The notes: generated by a model from the sequence alone, not told the origin. 64,000 nt of DNA from Candidatus Hydrogenedentota bacterium (GCA_963745075.1 CAVUWV010000027.1:160001-224000); one strand, 5' to 3'. Counted from the first letter of the stretch, positions 31,102 through 42,270 are shown. Made by a program: numbers and translations.

Positions 31102-31690
31102 ACTCATGATCGTCGTGGCGATTCTCACGTCGGTCTTGGGGCTCCTGTTTTTGCTGGGGGATAATCTCCAGCAGTCCGTGGCGGCGCGGGAGACCAAAGT
31201 AGCGACGCAGGACGACGTCCGCGTGGCGATGCAGCGGATCATGCTGGAGCTGCGCCAGAGCGCCCGGGCGTCCATTCCGTGGAATACCCTTCCCGGTGAG
31301 ACCATTTCGTATCAACGGGCCGAAGACCTCGACGGCAATGGTACGGCCGTAGATATCGGCGGGTTTTTGGAACTGGGTCCGCAACGAACGATTCAACGCG
31401 ATGTCAACGACGCGAATGGCGACGGTCGTACGACGACGCAGTTGGTGGTGATTGAAGGCGCGAACGCCACCGTTCTCGCGAATGGGCTGCTCGAGAACGA
31501 GGACGCGAACGCCAATGGCGTGCTGGATGCAGGGGAAGATGAGAACAACAACGGGGTCCTGGAACGCGGGGTGTGGTTCGAGTCCGTAGGGACTGGATTG
31601 CGAATAACGCTGCAGGCGCAGCGTTTGCCGGGACCGAGGAGCCAAGTGGTGACGTCGCAACTGACGGAGATCGTGGTTCCGAGGAACTAG
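31067..31690 (+). CDS. Type IV minor pilin, PilW-like (cassette 1)
   Basis: G|MTLIELMIVVAIL; EDANANGVLDAGEDENNNGVL Ca-binding-type repeats; ends PRN. Confidence 0.85.
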   Translation: MYRSEEGMTLIELMIVVAILTSVLGLLFLLGDNLQQSVAARETKVATQDDVRVAMQRIMLELRQSARASIPWNTLPGETISYQRAEDLDGNGTAVDIGGFLELGPQRTIQRDVNDANGDGRTTTQLVVIEGANATVLANGLLENEDANANGVLDAGEDENNNGVLERGVWFESVGTGLRITLQAQRLPGPRSQVVTSQLTEIVVPRN

Positions 31691-31692
31691 CC

Positions 31693-33369
31693 ATGAAAAC
31701 ACACACTGCGAGAAACGAAGAAGGGATGGCGCTGCTTGTGGCGACAATCTTTGTGGCCATCGCCATCCTCATGCTGAGTGCGCTGTCCATGCGCGTGGTG
31801 CAACAGAACAGCCAATCGCTCCAGTACAAGTTCTACAACGATGCGTTCACGGGCGTTGAATCGGCCGTGGCGGAAAGTTGGGTGGAACTGGAACGAGGGC
31901 AAGACGGCATGATCGGCCTGGGAACCTGGGTCCCTCCCGTGGGGGCGGTCGGTCGCGTGTTGCCAACCTTCGATGATAGCGGCATCCTGCCGGAAATGAG
32001 CACGACGCAACCCACCGTCGAGTACATGGCGTACGCGGATGACTGGTCCAGCAACGGGGAGGACGACGACGGGGACGGCACCGTCGACGATATCGGGGAG
32101 AACTTTACCTACACGGTCTACGGGTACGCCCGGAACCGGGGGATTACCCGGAACGTGCAGGTTGTTTTGAAGGGATTCGATGTCAACGTGTGGCGCAACG
32201 CAATCTTCGCGGGCGCCGGGCAATCCGGCGGGTTGATTAATGGTAACGTAAGCATTCACGGATCGGTCCATTTGCTGGGCGACAATGTGGTTGACGGGAA
32301 CGCGGTGCTTTCCGCCATCGATCTGAGCGGCACGAGCCTAATCCACAACAACTATGTAGGGCTTCCGGCGGATCTGGCGGTCCGCATTCCGGCGCTGGAC
32401 ACCGTGCTCTTCGACGGAGAGATGGTCGAGACGCTTGCGGCGAAGCTTCGCGTCAAACACGGGCTCGTCGGAATGTCCGGTAATTCGGAAATCGGTGAGC
32501 CGAACGTAAGTGGGAACACCATCAAAGAAACGATGGACGCCACGTACGTGAGCGATGGATGGACCGGCACCTCGGTGGACGACGACGGCAGCCGGGGAGA
32601 CCCCACCAACGTGTGGAGTGACAACGGGTGGGATGATTCCTACGACCTCGGCGACAAGATCCCGATGCCGTATCTGAACAGCGATTACCGCGAGCTTGGC
32701 ACGGGGAACACGTATGTCAATCCCGCGACGCTCGCGAACTACACGCACTCCGAGTACTTCGAACAGGTGCTGGCGGGTACGCCCTATTCGGGGGACATGA
32801 CCATTCAGGCCAATCAGGACTTTTACTACAACGCGACACGACCTACGGACACCGATCCGAACAACCGGCTTGCAACCGACAGTTACATCTTGTTCGACGC
32901 AGCATCGAACCGCATGGAGGTGAACGGTCAAATTCAGGTGGACGGCAGTCTTACCATCACCCGCGGGGGCGGTAACGACAAGTCGATAGACTACACCGGC
33001 CGGGCGGCGATTCTTGCGAAGGGCGATGTGACTCTGGATACCGACCTGCTGGCAGTCAACTCGAACGGGACCACGGCCAACAGTTTCCCGGCGAATAACA
33101 TTCTCGGCATCATGGCCGAACAGGACCTGAACGTGGGTTCGCTTTCGCAGTTGACGCTCATGGGCGCGTTCTATGCCCAAGGTACGGTTACATCGAGTAA
33201 GCAAACCACCACGGTGGGTACCATCGTCGGCACTTATTTCGATATGGGTACCAATGTTCCGGAGATCTATCAAGTGCCCGAACTGGCGGACAACCTTCCT
33301 TTGGGAATGATCGGCGCATATCCGATTCTGGTCTTCGAGCAGGTTGCATGGCGTGAGATCGGAACATGA
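31693..33369 (+). CDS. PilX/GspK-like minor pilin with large C-terminal beta domain (cassette 1)
   Basis: G|MALLVATIF lacks Glu+5, as in PilX; ends WREI. Confidence 0.8.
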   Translation: MKTHTARNEEGMALLVATIFVAIAILMLSALSMRVVQQNSQSLQYKFYNDAFTGVESAVAESWVELERGQDGMIGLGTWVPPVGAVGRVLPTFDDSGILPEMSTTQPTVEYMAYADDWSSNGEDDDGDGTVDDIGENFTYTVYGYARNRGITRNVQVVLKGFDVNVWRNAIFAGAGQSGGLINGNVSIHGSVHLLGDNVVDGNAVLSAIDLSGTSLIHNNYVGLPADLAVRIPALDTVLFDGEMVETLAAKLRVKHGLVGMSGNSEIGEPNVSGNTIKETMDATYVSDGWTGTSVDDDGSRGDPTNVWSDNGWDDSYDLGDKIPMPYLNSDYRELGTGNTYVNPATLANYTHSEYFEQVLAGTPYSGDMTIQANQDFYYNATRPTDTDPNNRLATDSYILFDAASNRMEVNGQIQVDGSLTITRGGGNDKSIDYTGRAAILAKGDVTLDTDLLAVNSNGTTANSFPANNILGIMAEQDLNVGSLSQLTLMGAFYAQGTVTSSKQTTTVGTIVGTYFDMGTNVPEIYQVPELADNLPLGMIGAYPILVFEQVAWREIGT

Positions 33370-33899
33370 GCGTACCGGACGTGAATAGCTTCGTGCGCAC
33401 GAACTGGCACCTGCTCCTGGTCTTTGTGCTGGTTCTGGCCGCGATTCCCGTGGTCGCGATGCGCCAGTCCTCCGAAAAGGCTTCGCCACAAGAAATGCAG
33501 GCCGCAGCGACCGGCCGTGCCAGTGTCGCCGCATTGCAAATCAAGCCGCGCGACCCGCGGGAAACTTCGCGCGATGTGGCCAGGAAAACCATTGCGTCTC
33601 ATCAACAGCGTTTGGCGGCAGATCCCCAGAGTGCGGACGCACCGGCGCTGCTCTGCGCCATGGGCAACCTGTACCGGCAGCGCCTGAGCGACTACGAGCA
33701 AGCCGCGAACTGTTTTGAGCGTATGGTCCGCGACTATCCCGACGCACCCAACGTTCGCGAGGCGTATCTCCAGCTCGTCATTTGCTACGAACGTCTCGGC
33801 GATACGGAAAACCGGACGCGCATCCTCCGCAAGATGCTGAGCGACTTCCCTTCCGATTCCGAGGAGCATCTGTACGCCTCCCGCGAGTTGGGCTTGTAG
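33366..33899 (+). CDS. Membrane-anchored TPR protein
   Basis: N-terminal TM; TPR-like ALLCAMGNLY...YEQAANCFERMVRDYPD; ATGA coupling to the upstream gene. Confidence 0.8.
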   Translation: MSVPDVNSFVRTNWHLLLVFVLVLAAIPVVAMRQSSEKASPQEMQAAATGRASVAALQIKPRDPRETSRDVARKTIASHQQRLAADPQSADAPALLCAMGNLYRQRLSDYEQAANCFERMVRDYPDAPNVREAYLQLVICYERLGDTENRTRILRKMLSDFPSDSEEHLYASRELGL

Positions 33900-33967
33900 C
33901 CTTCCAGAACCTCCACACCTGAGCGCACTCCACAATCCAATGGGCAAGGGTTATATAAGGATAACTA

Positions 33968-33996
33968 TTGACAAAATGTGCAAAATTTTACATACT
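33968..33996 (+). promoter_or_regulatory. Putative sigma70 promoter of pilin cassette 2
   Basis: TTGACA-17bp-CATACT. Confidence 0.5.
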
Positions 33997-34376
33997 AGTC
34001 ATGGATAGTACCAGGAGGTTGTTACGTAGAGCCGAAAAGGTCGATGCCTTTGGTATAGGAGCGGAAGCGACTTCGCTTCAAGGTTTTACGGTTATTGCGG
34101 AACCTTCGGTTTTGCAAAACCGGGAAACCTGTGGCACAATTCCCTTTGAGCGCAATCTGGGACCTTGCGCATCCGCGACTGGGCGATTTGACGACAAGTT
34201 GAGTTGCATCTGTGGGCCACATTCATTCCCTGGTCTGTCCAGGGAAAGGACACCCACCGGTGCTTCCGGCGCGGAGGCGAAGGTTCCGGGAAATGCGTGC
34301 CTACCGATTTCCTGTCCTCACGCCCCCGTACGATCCTGCATGGCCCTATGGGGTATGTCTGGGAGGATTGAGAACG

Positions 34377-34790
34377 ATGCGACTGAGGCAGCTGAAAGAG
34401 AAGCAAGGCGTTACGCTACTGGAACTGACGGTTGCCATGGCCGTATTTACGGTCGTTCTAGGGGCGACAGCGCAAGCGTTGGTCTCGTATTACGTGGCCC
34501 TGGACACCCAGAACCAGCGCCACACCGCGGTGCGCAATTGCGCGGGAATCATCAGCAATATGCGCGACGTACGCGACGCGAATCCCAATTCGTTTCCCGA
34601 CGCCATTGTGGCGGAATGGCCGGATGGGGCCGAAGTGGCCGGCGTGGGATCTTTGCAGCAGGAAGTCATTACCGTCGACTACGGGAATCCCAGCGCCAAT
34701 CCTCTGCAAGTCACCGTTCGCAGTCAATGGGTCGATCTGCGCGGCCGACCCGTGAGCCTGGAAATGTCCACCATGCTGACGGACCGCTAA
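34377..34790 (+). CDS. Type IV minor pilin, PilV-like (cassette 2)
   Basis: GGAGG RBS; G|VTLLELTVAMAVF; NPLQVTVRSQW.D.RGR is paralogous to cassette 1. Confidence 0.85.
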   Translation: MRLRQLKEKQGVTLLELTVAMAVFTVVLGATAQALVSYYVALDTQNQRHTAVRNCAGIISNMRDVRDANPNSFPDAIVAEWPDGAEVAGVGSLQQEVITVDYGNPSANPLQVTVRSQWVDLRGRPVSLEMSTMLTDR

Positions 34791-34804
34791 TGGAGGGCGT
34801 TTCG

Positions 34805-35434
34805 ATGACTTCACGAGGGTTTACGTTGGTTGAACTCGTCATTTCGATGGCGATTCTCGTCATTATCAGCGCTCTCGGTATTGCGGCGTTGCAGACCTCG
34901 ACCACGTCGGCAGCAACGGCGGGGAGCAAGGCGGACGTGCAAGGCAATATCCGCGATGCGCTTTCATCCATGACCCGAGAACTCCAAATGGCGTCCAAGA
35001 GTTCCGACGATTCCTTGATTCCCCCCTTGCAGGATGTGACGGTAAACGCCAATCCGGCGGCAGGCAGCCCAATGGAACTGGTGTTTCAAACGCCGACCAA
35101 CGGCTCCGGCCGGAGCTGGACCCAGCCGATTCGGTACCGGTTTGTCAACGAAGACGCCAACGAAAACGGCCGGTTGGATGAAGGCGAAGATTTGGACGGA
35201 GACGGCGTGTTGAGCCGCCGAATCCTGCGCATTCAGGACCGGAACGGGGACGGCGACACCATCGACGACGGCGAACGCGCACCCGTTGGCGGGGCGAACG
35301 ATCTGAGCGCCGTTCAGTTCACACGCAATGGGGATATTGTCACGATCACGCTGACGGCCGAGAAGTTCCTCGCCGGCCGTCGAACCGACCCGGTGCGGGT
35401 TTCGGTATCTTGCGATGTGTATTTGCAGAATTGA
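34805..35434 (+). CDS. Type IV minor pilin, PilW-like (cassette 2)
   Basis: G|FTLVELVISMAIL; EDANENGRLDEGEDLDGDGVL; ends LQN. Confidence 0.87.
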   Translation: MTSRGFTLVELVISMAILVIISALGIAALQTSTTSAATAGSKADVQGNIRDALSSMTRELQMASKSSDDSLIPPLQDVTVNANPAAGSPMELVFQTPTNGSGRSWTQPIRYRFVNEDANENGRLDEGEDLDGDGVLSRRILRIQDRNGDGDTIDDGERAPVGGANDLSAVQFTRNGDIVTITLTAEKFLAGRRTDPVRVSVSCDVYLQN

Positions 35435-35489
35435 GGCCCGTGCCGCGGGGACTCGCGATTGGACTTGTTGCCGTAAGGAGGGCACCCCC

Positions 35490-37718
35490 ATGGGAATGAA
35501 ACGGAGGCATCAGGAGGGCATGGCCCTCGTCCTCGTTGTGTTGGCGATGATTGTCGTGCTGGGCGCGATCACGGTCGTCGTGGCGCGTGTGCAGACCGCC
35601 AAAATGCGCACCGACGCGGCCGTCGACCAGGCGCGCCTGGACGAAGTCTGTAAGGCGGGCGTCGACCTCGCCATCGAGCAGGTCTGGCACCAATACATCA
35701 TCGGGCAAGGCAACACCACGGGCAACCTCGCCTCGTACGTGGTGTTCATCAACGGCGTCTTGCCAAACAATGAAGACCTCAACGGCAACGGCGAAGAGGA
35801 CAACGGCGAATTCGACATGGACGGCGACGGCACGTTTGAAGTGGCGGAACCGTTGGTCCTCGTGGACGCGGAGGACAACATGAAGCTGGCGTCAGGCGGA
35901 CAGGTGATGTCCGTGACCCTGGCCCGCACAGACGACGTCACGGGAACGACATTAACGATTCAATCGACGGGCCGGGTGGGGCAGCGCAGGGCGACCGCCA
36001 CGCAAACGGTCCGCGTGTCCGGCGAACTCTTCGACGGTTTCGAATACGGCATTATGGCAAACAATATCAATTGCATCCTGTGTCACGCCGAGGTGCAATC
36101 GCTTGATCTGTTCCGCAACACCGACCCGTCGCAATATGGCACTTTCGACCGGATCAAGGTCGCGGCGCTGGAATCCCTGTTGATTCGCACGAGTGAGAAC
36201 GTGAATACCCATTTCGCCGGAACGACCTACACGCGCGGTGAAGTGTACAACCAGGCGGGCACGCCATTCACGGCGTCCACCCTCGCGTCGTCGACGTTTA
36301 AGTCCTACGCGTTCGACGACAGCAACGGGAAAATAGTCCAGGACGGTTCCGGAGATATGCAAGTCACGAACCTCGCCAACGCGAGCGCCGATGGCGACGG
36401 CATGCTCGATCAGTTCGCGAACCTCTACCTGAACTATCCCACCGACGACAATCTCATGACGGATGGGACGCTCCCGACGGACTTCCCCTCGCCGTATCCC
36501 GATGACGACGGCAACCGCTACGTCGGCGACGATGAATTCGAGCGCGTCATCAACAGCACAAACGGCTCGATCACCTTTGGATTGGATCCCGCTGAAGTGA
36601 CGGGTTCCGTGACCGCGGGCGTGGCATTTGGCGTACCGACGGGGTCGGCGTACGCGGGTGACGCTTTGCCCACGGCGTCGAACTCGGCGTTGAGCACGTT
36701 GACTTCCGACGGTTCGTACGACGGCAATCTGATTCTGATTGGCACGGACGAGGACCCCATCGTCATCGACAAGAAGGTGGCCGTGAATGGCGATTTGGTC
36801 ATTCAAGGCAAGGTCAAGGGATGGGGGCAGATTTTCGTGCGTGGGAACGTCTACGTGACCGGTGACGTCACGTATGCCGACGCCCCCGGCGAGTTCGGCG
36901 TGGCCGAGGACGGCACGACGAACGGATTCGCCCTCACGGCCGGCGGCAGCATCATGATGGGTGACTACGTGACCATTCGCGCCAAGAAACATACCGCGGA
37001 CACAGGCAAGTATCCTGCCGGCGGTTTTATCGATATGCGCGACGACCACGACACCCAGAACCTCTACAAGAGCGGCACCACGCAAACCGTGGAAATCGGG
37101 TATTTCGATGATGGCGTGGTCGACGCCGGGTGGACACAAAACGGTCAGGACGAACTCAGCTTTACGTCGTCGGAGATCATGCTTTTCAACGAGATGGAAT
37201 ACGAGAAAGCACAGGCAGACCCGACGTATACGGCTCGCTACTATCGCCTTCGCCCCGATCAACCCATCTACCGGTACGTTTCGAGCGACGAACACACGGT
37301 GAAATACAGCGAAGCGGGGGTTCTGACCATTTCGGATCCCGGCGACGCGGCCATTCACGACCTGAACCCAAACAACTTCTGGCTTAGCGAGGATCAACTC
37401 CGAAACTTCTGGTACGCGGACGAGATGACCCGGCCCTCGAGCGGGCGTCCGTTCGAGTTCGACGGACTGCTCTACTCGAACAACAGCATCTTTGCCATCA
37501 CGCGGAGCAGCGACCGGCACAAGTCGAACACGCGCGGCCAGATGCAGATCCGCGGCAGCGTCATTTCGGCCGACCTCGGTGTCTTGGTTCCTGGACCGGA
37601 CTTCAGCGTTCCACGCGATGCCTTGAAACTCTACTACGACAAACGCGTCGCCAACTTCATGCGCGTGGAAGACACGACACAGGTGGCGTTCCAGCGGTTG
37701 GCATACCGATTAGACTAG
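35490..37718 (+). CDS. PilX-like minor pilin, large, with one CxxCH motif (cassette 2)
   Basis: AAGGAGG RBS; G|MALVLVVLAMI; CILCH at 36072-36086; LYYDKR C-terminal motif. Confidence 0.8.
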   Translation: MGMKRRHQEGMALVLVVLAMIVVLGAITVVVARVQTAKMRTDAAVDQARLDEVCKAGVDLAIEQVWHQYIIGQGNTTGNLASYVVFINGVLPNNEDLNGNGEEDNGEFDMDGDGTFEVAEPLVLVDAEDNMKLASGGQVMSVTLARTDDVTGTTLTIQSTGRVGQRRATATQTVRVSGELFDGFEYGIMANNINCILCHAEVQSLDLFRNTDPSQYGTFDRIKVAALESLLIRTSENVNTHFAGTTYTRGEVYNQAGTPFTASTLASSTFKSYAFDDSNGKIVQDGSGDMQVTNLANASADGDGMLDQFANLYLNYPTDDNLMTDGTLPTDFPSPYPDDDGNRYVGDDEFERVINSTNGSITFGLDPAEVTGSVTAGVAFGVPTGSAYAGDALPTASNSALSTLTSDGSYDGNLILIGTDEDPIVIDKKVAVNGDLVIQGKVKGWGQIFVRGNVYVTGDVTYADAPGEFGVAEDGTTNGFALTAGGSIMMGDYVTIRAKKHTADTGKYPAGGFIDMRDDHDTQNLYKSGTTQTVEIGYFDDGVVDAGWTQNGQDELSFTSSEIMLFNEMEYEKAQADPTYTARYYRLRPDQPIYRYVSSDEHTVKYSEAGVLTISDPGDAAIHDLNPNNFWLSEDQLRNFWYADEMTRPSSGRPFEFDGLLYSNNSIFAITRSSDRHKSNTRGQMQIRGSVISADLGVLVPGPDFSVPRDALKLYYDKRVANFMRVEDTTQVAFQRLAYRLD

Positions 37719-37726
37719 GGAGCGGA

Positions 37727-38647
37727 ATGATGACCATGAAGCTGATTATTGCGGCCGTCGTGCCGGCGTTTGTGCTCGTGACGGCCGCGTCCGCCGACAC
37801 GGTGTATTTCCCGGATGGCACGGCTGTGGACGGCGTCGTGACCCACCCGAACGCAAATTGTATCGCGATCGAGTCCGGCGGCGGAAAGATGCTAATTCAG
37901 GCGAACCGGGTAGAACGCATCGAGACGAACGACAAGACCGGTACAGTCAATCTAAGCAAGACGAGCCCCTGGACGATCAAGATCGAGAAAGAGATGCGGG
38001 AAAAGACCGGCATGACCCAGGAGCAGCGGGAAGAGATCGTCCGGATTATCGACCGGCTTGGGTCGGACGACGCCAACGAACGCTTGTTGTCGATTCGCCG
38101 GCTGGTCGCGCTTCAGCAGGAAGTGGACGTCTTCAAGTTTCTGGTCAATACCATGAGCAGTTATGGCGCGCGCACGAAACCGGGCGTGCTCGAAGTGTTG
38201 ATGGCGCTGAACCGCGAGAAGGCCATCCCTATTGTGCGGGACTGCGCTACCGATCAGGTTGCGTCGAACCGCGCCGCCGCCTTGACGATTATGGGCAAGG
38301 CCAAGGACGTGGCGTCGCTGGAGACCATCGCGCGGGGTATGGTGGACGTGGATACGTCGGTGCGGATTGCCGCGGCGACCGCGTTGGCAGCTACCGGCAG
38401 CAAGCGGGCGACGCCTCTCCTGATTGAAGGCTTGGATAACTTGGACAAGCGTGTCGTAAACGCGTGCAATGTGGCCCTGTCGGCGCTTTGGAGCACCGAT
38501 GACGCGCTGGTGCAATTTGATTCGGCGGACGGGTGGAATCGGTTCTGGGGCGACCGGTCCGTCGCGGTGACGGAACCGCTCCGGATGGCGGAACTCGAAC
38601 CGTTGTTTGTGCCCGTGCCGGGCCAGTACGTCTTCGTACACGAATAA
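37727..38647 (+). CDS. Secreted HEAT-repeat protein
   Basis: Signal peptide ASA|DTVYF.DG; HEAT-like D....VRIAAATALA repeats. Confidence 0.8.
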   Translation: MMTMKLIIAAVVPAFVLVTAASADTVYFPDGTAVDGVVTHPNANCIAIESGGGKMLIQANRVERIETNDKTGTVNLSKTSPWTIKIEKEMREKTGMTQEQREEIVRIIDRLGSDDANERLLSIRRLVALQQEVDVFKFLVNTMSSYGARTKPGVLEVLMALNREKAIPIVRDCATDQVASNRAAALTIMGKAKDVASLETIARGMVDVDTSVRIAAATALAATGSKRATPLLIEGLDNLDKRVVNACNVALSALWSTDDALVQFDSADGWNRFWGDRSVAVTEPLRMAELEPLFVPVPGQYVFVHE

Positions 38648-38676
38648 GCACGCGGACCGTGCCTGTGTGATAAGAG

Positions 38677-38712
38677 AGGGGATGCTGGGAATTCCGGCAT
38701 CCCCTTTGGTTT
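38677..38712. terminator. Rho-independent terminator between the convergent pilin operon and leuD
   Basis: AGGGGATGCTGG-GAATT-CCGGCATCCCCT followed by TTGGTTT. Confidence 0.65.
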
Positions 38713-38820
38713 ACCATAGTCCCCCGTCATGGACTCGATGGACGATATAGACGAATACGGTTGCGCAGTCCGCGTCCGGACTCTCGTTGCACGCAAAGGG
38801 ACATCTGGCAGTGGTGCACG

Positions 38821-39408
38821 TTACCCGCGAGTCTTCTCGAAGGCGGCGATCTTCTCTTCGTGCCGGAGGGTCAGACCGATTTGGTCCCAGCCGTTCAGCA
38901 GGCACTCCTTCTTGAAGGGGTCCACGTCGAAGGCAATGGTCGATCCATCCGGCTTCGCGATGGTTTGCGCCGGAAGGTCGACGGTCAGCGTGTACCCTTC
39001 CTGAGCACGAACCTCCTGGAACAACTGCTCGATGGTCTCCGTGGGCAACACGATGGGCAGCATGCCGTTGTTGAAGCAGTTGTTGAAGAAGATGTCCGCG
39101 TAGGACGGTGCCAGAATGCAACGGATCCCGTAGTCATTGAGCGCCCACGGGGCGTGTTCGCGCGATGATCCGCAGCCGAAATTGTCCTTCGTCAGAAGGA
39201 CGCTGGCGTTTTGATAACGCGGCGCATTCATCTCGAAATCCGGATCCGGCGAGCCATCGGCCTTGAAGCGCCAGTCGAAGAACAAATAATCCTCGTAACC
39301 CGTGCGCTCAATGCGTTTCAGGAACTGCTTGGGGATGATCTGGTCCGTGTCGACATTCAACGCCTCCAGCGGCGCCACAACCCCGGTCAGTTGGGTAAAT
39401 GGTCTCAT
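38821..39408 (-). CDS. leuD: 3-isopropylmalate dehydratase small subunit
   Basis: [29 protein letters not shown]. Confidence 0.97.
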   Translation of the reverse strand: MRPFTQLTGVVAPLEALNVDTDQIIPKQFLKRIERTGYEDYLFFDWRFKADGSPDPDFEMNAPRYQNASVLLTKDNFGCGSSREHAPWALNDYGIRCILAPSYADIFFNNCFNNGMLPIVLPTETIEQLFQEVRAQEGYTLTVDLPAQTIAKPDGSTIAFDVDPFKKECLLNGWDQIGLTLRHEEKIAAFEKTRG

Positions 39409-39452
39409 TCTCGAATTCTCCCAAGGCAGGCGAATCGTGCCTTTCGGTATAC

Positions 39453-40859
39453 TCAATTAAACTTCCAGTCCCGGATATCGACGAAATGGCCTTTGATCGC
39501 GGCCGCGACGGCCATGGCCGGGCTCACCAGGTGGGTGCGTCCGCCCTTGCCTTGCCGTCCTTCGAAATTGCGGTTTGACGTGGAGGCGCACCGGTCGCCG
39601 GGCTGCAGGATGTCCGCGTTCATGGCGAGGCACATCGAACAGCCGGCTTCGCGCCACTCAAATCCGGCTTCCTTGAATACCTTGTCCAGGCCTTCCGCTT
39701 CTGCCTGGTTCTTGACCTGTTGCGAACCGGGCACGACGAGGGCCTGGCTTACCGAAGGATTGACCTTGTAGCCTTTGACCACCTTGGCCGCGGCGCGCAA
39801 GTCCTCGATACGACCGTTCGTGCACGAGCCGAAGAACATCTTGTTAATCGCGATTTTCTGAATCGGCACGCCCTCCTGAAGATCCATGTACTGGAGTGCC
39901 TTTTGAGCGGAATGGCGCGTGTTGTCGTCGCCGAGTGCGGACAGCACGGGGGTCGTGCCCGTCACGCCCGCAACCATTCCGGGCGACGTGCCCCAGGTGA
40001 CCTGCGGCTCGATTTCGGAAGCGTCCAGTTCCACCAGGCGGTCGTAGGTGCAGCCGGGATCCGACGCCCAGGCGCTCCACCGCTTCGAGAGTGTGTCGTG
40101 GTCCTGGTCCTTCAGGTATTCCCGTCCCTTCAGGTAGTCGCAGGTTTTCTCGTCCGGCGAAATCAGTCCCGCACGGGCGCCGGCTTCGATGGTCATGTTG
40201 CACACGGTCATACGGCCTTCCATGCTCAAGGAGCGGATGGCCTCACCCGTGTATTCGATGACGAATCCGGTGCCGCCGGCCGTGCCGATCTTCCCGATGA
40301 TCGCCAGGATGATGTCCTTGGCCGTGATGCCGAGGGGCAGCGTGCCGTTGACGCGCACTTCCATGGTCTTCGATTTCTTTTGCAGCAAGGTCTGCGTCGC
40401 CAGCACGTGCTCGACTTCGCTGGTGCCGATTCCAAAGGCTAAAGCGCCAAAGGCGCCGTGCGTCGAGGTGTGCGAATCGCCGCAGACGATGGTCTGACCC
40501 GGCTGCGTCAAGCCCAGTTCCGGCCCGATCACGTGGACGATGCCATTCCGCCGGTCCCCCATGGCGAAGCACGCGATCCCCGACTCGGCGCAGTTCTTCT
40601 TCAAGGTTTCGACCTGTTTCGCCGACATCGGGTCTTCGATAGGTTTGGAGCGGTCCGTCGTCGGGATGTTGTGATCCATCGTCGCAAAGGTGAGGTCCGG
40701 ACAGCGCACTTTGCGGCCGGCAAGCCGCAACCCTTCAAAAGCCTGCGGTGACGTTACCTCATGGACGTAGTGCCGGTCGATGTACAGGATTGCGTCCTGC
40801 CCCGGTTCTTCGTGAACGACGTGTGCGTCCCAGATCTTCTCGTAGATGTTCTTCGCCAT
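39453..40859 (-). CDS. leuC: 3-isopropylmalate dehydratase large subunit
   Basis: [55 protein letters not shown]. Confidence 0.97.
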   Translation of the reverse strand: MAKNIYEKIWDAHVVHEEPGQDAILYIDRHYVHEVTSPQAFEGLRLAGRKVRCPDLTFATMDHNIPTTDRSKPIEDPMSAKQVETLKKNCAESGIACFAMGDRRNGIVHVIGPELGLTQPGQTIVCGDSHTSTHGAFGALAFGIGTSEVEHVLATQTLLQKKSKTMEVRVNGTLPLGITAKDIILAIIGKIGTAGGTGFVIEYTGEAIRSLSMEGRMTVCNMTIEAGARAGLISPDEKTCDYLKGREYLKDQDHDTLSKRWSAWASDPGCTYDRLVELDASEIEPQVTWGTSPGMVAGVTGTTPVLSALGDDNTRHSAQKALQYMDLQEGVPIQKIAINKMFFGSCTNGRIEDLRAAAKVVKGYKVNPSVSQALVVPGSQQVKNQAEAEGLDKVFKEAGFEWREAGCSMCLAMNADILQPGDRCASTSNRNFEGRQGKGGRTHLVSPAMAVAAAIKGHFVDIRDWKFN

Positions 40860-40878
40860 GTGTAATCTCGATCCTTGC

Positions 40879-42270
40879 TTAGTCTATGTCGTAGACGCCT
40901 TCAACGGCGCCTTGTTCGTCGAGTATGACCAGTTTGTGACCCTTCCCCATGGGAACGGTGCGCCCTCCAATGGCGATGACACCCTGTTCGATGGAGAATT
41001 GGATCGTGCCGAATGAACAGTTCGTAGATCCTTTTTCGTATTGAAAACTGAACGATTCGTTGCCGATGCCGGCGGTACCGGCCGCTTTTGCGCGATCCTC
41101 GGACGAAATAATCACCCGGCCGCCCTTGGTGCCGCCGCCAAAGGTCATGCCGCGGACGGCGATACGCACATCGCCAAGGTCCGTGATTCCGTAATCGTGC
41201 TTCGAGTACGTCGCGCGGCTGGCAACGGCCTGTTGCTTTCCACTGGCCGACATGGAATCGTACGAAATCGACGTCTCGAAGGGCAGCTTCGCCAGTTTGC
41301 GGGCCTCGGGCGTCAGGGCCGTCGCCGGTTGCGCATCCGACTCGTCGTCTCCGGATGGCATAGCCACCGGCGGTTCCGGCGTGCTCGCGGGCATCTCTTC
41401 TTCAACGGTCCGCGTTTCGGCTTCTTCCCGGCCTTTGGCATCGCCGCCGACCAACCCGAAAGTCAACTTGCTCATCAACCCGCGTTTCGGCTGCTCGGTC
41501 TGCTCCGCTGCTTCGGGCGACTCAGACTCGGACTTGGCCATTTGTTTCTGTTCTTTCTCGTATTTCTCAGCCTGCTTCTGAGCCTTCTTTTCTTTTTTGG
41601 CGGCCTGTTCCTGGGCTTGCTTCTCTTCCTTAGCCGTCTGCTTTTGCGCCTTCTTCGATTGCTCGGCCTCTTGTTCGGCGTCCTTGTCTTTCGAGTCGCT
41701 TCCGACGAGGCCAAAGGTGGCCTTGTTCCAGAAGCCGCGCTCCGATTTCTCTGCCCGTTCAGGAGAATCGCCTGCCTCTCCCGCTTTGGCCATTTGGTCC
41801 TGCTCGTTGCGGGCCTGCTCCTGGGCCTTCTTCTCGTCCTTGGCGGCTTGCTCTTGCGCCTTCTTTTCTTGTTTGGCAGCTTGCTTTTGGGCTTTCTTCT
41901 CCTGCTCAGCCTGGCGCTTGGCCTCTTTCGTGGCGGCCTTGTCGTTAGACTCGTCACCGACCAGGCCGAAAGTCGCTTTGTTCCAGAAGCCGCGCTCCGA
42001 ATCCTCGGATTGCGCTTTGGCCGTCCGCTTTTCTGCTTTACGGGCTTTCTTCTGGGCCTTCTTTTCTTCCTTTGCGGCCCGTTTCTCCGCTTCCTTTTGC
42101 TTTTTCTCGGCTCGCTTCTGTTCTTTGGCCCCGTCGTCTTTGTTTCCAACGAGGCCGAAGGTGGCCTTGTTCATCACGTTTTTCGTGGAGGCACAACCCG
42201 GTGCCAAAACCGTTGTGCCGACAAAGACGAGGGCAAGCGTCAACCGAACCATCAAGCCTGTGAATCGCAT
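40879..42270 (-). CDS. Lipoprotein with four [13 protein letters not shown] repeats separated by K/E/Q/A-rich linkers
   Basis: Lipobox LAPG|C; AAGGAG RBS; the repeats are visible in both protein and DNA. Confidence 0.75.
   Translation of the reverse strand: MRFTGLMVRLTLALVFVGTTVLAPGCASTKNVMNKATFGLVGNKDDGAKEQKRAEKKQKEAEKRAAKEEKKAQKKARKAEKRTAKAQSEDSERGFWNKATFGLVGDESNDKAATKEAKRQAEQEKKAQKQAAKQEKKAQEQAAKDEKKAQEQARNEQDQMAKAGEAGDSPERAEKSERGFWNKATFGLVGSDSKDKDAEQEAEQSKKAQKQTAKEEKQAQEQAAKKEKKAQKQAEKYEKEQKQMAKSESESPEAAEQTEQPKRGLMSKLTFGLVGGDAKGREEAETRTVEEEMPASTPEPPVAMPSGDDESDAQPATALTPEARKLAKLPFETSISYDSMSASGKQQAVASRATYSKHDYGITDLGDVRIAVRGMTFGGGTKGGRVIISSEDRAKAAGTAGIGNESFSFQYEKGSTNCSFGTIQFSIEQGVIAIGGRTVPMGKGHKLVILDEQGAVEGVYDID

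Noticed and set aside
34131..34150. Sigma54 promoter for pilin cassette 2
   Set aside because: TGGCAC is present but there is no TTGC at the -12 position.
33968..34804. N-terminal extension of the 488-aa ORF as real protein
   Set aside because: It overlaps the PilV-like gene and its promoter; the prepilin motif and RBS place the true start at 34805.
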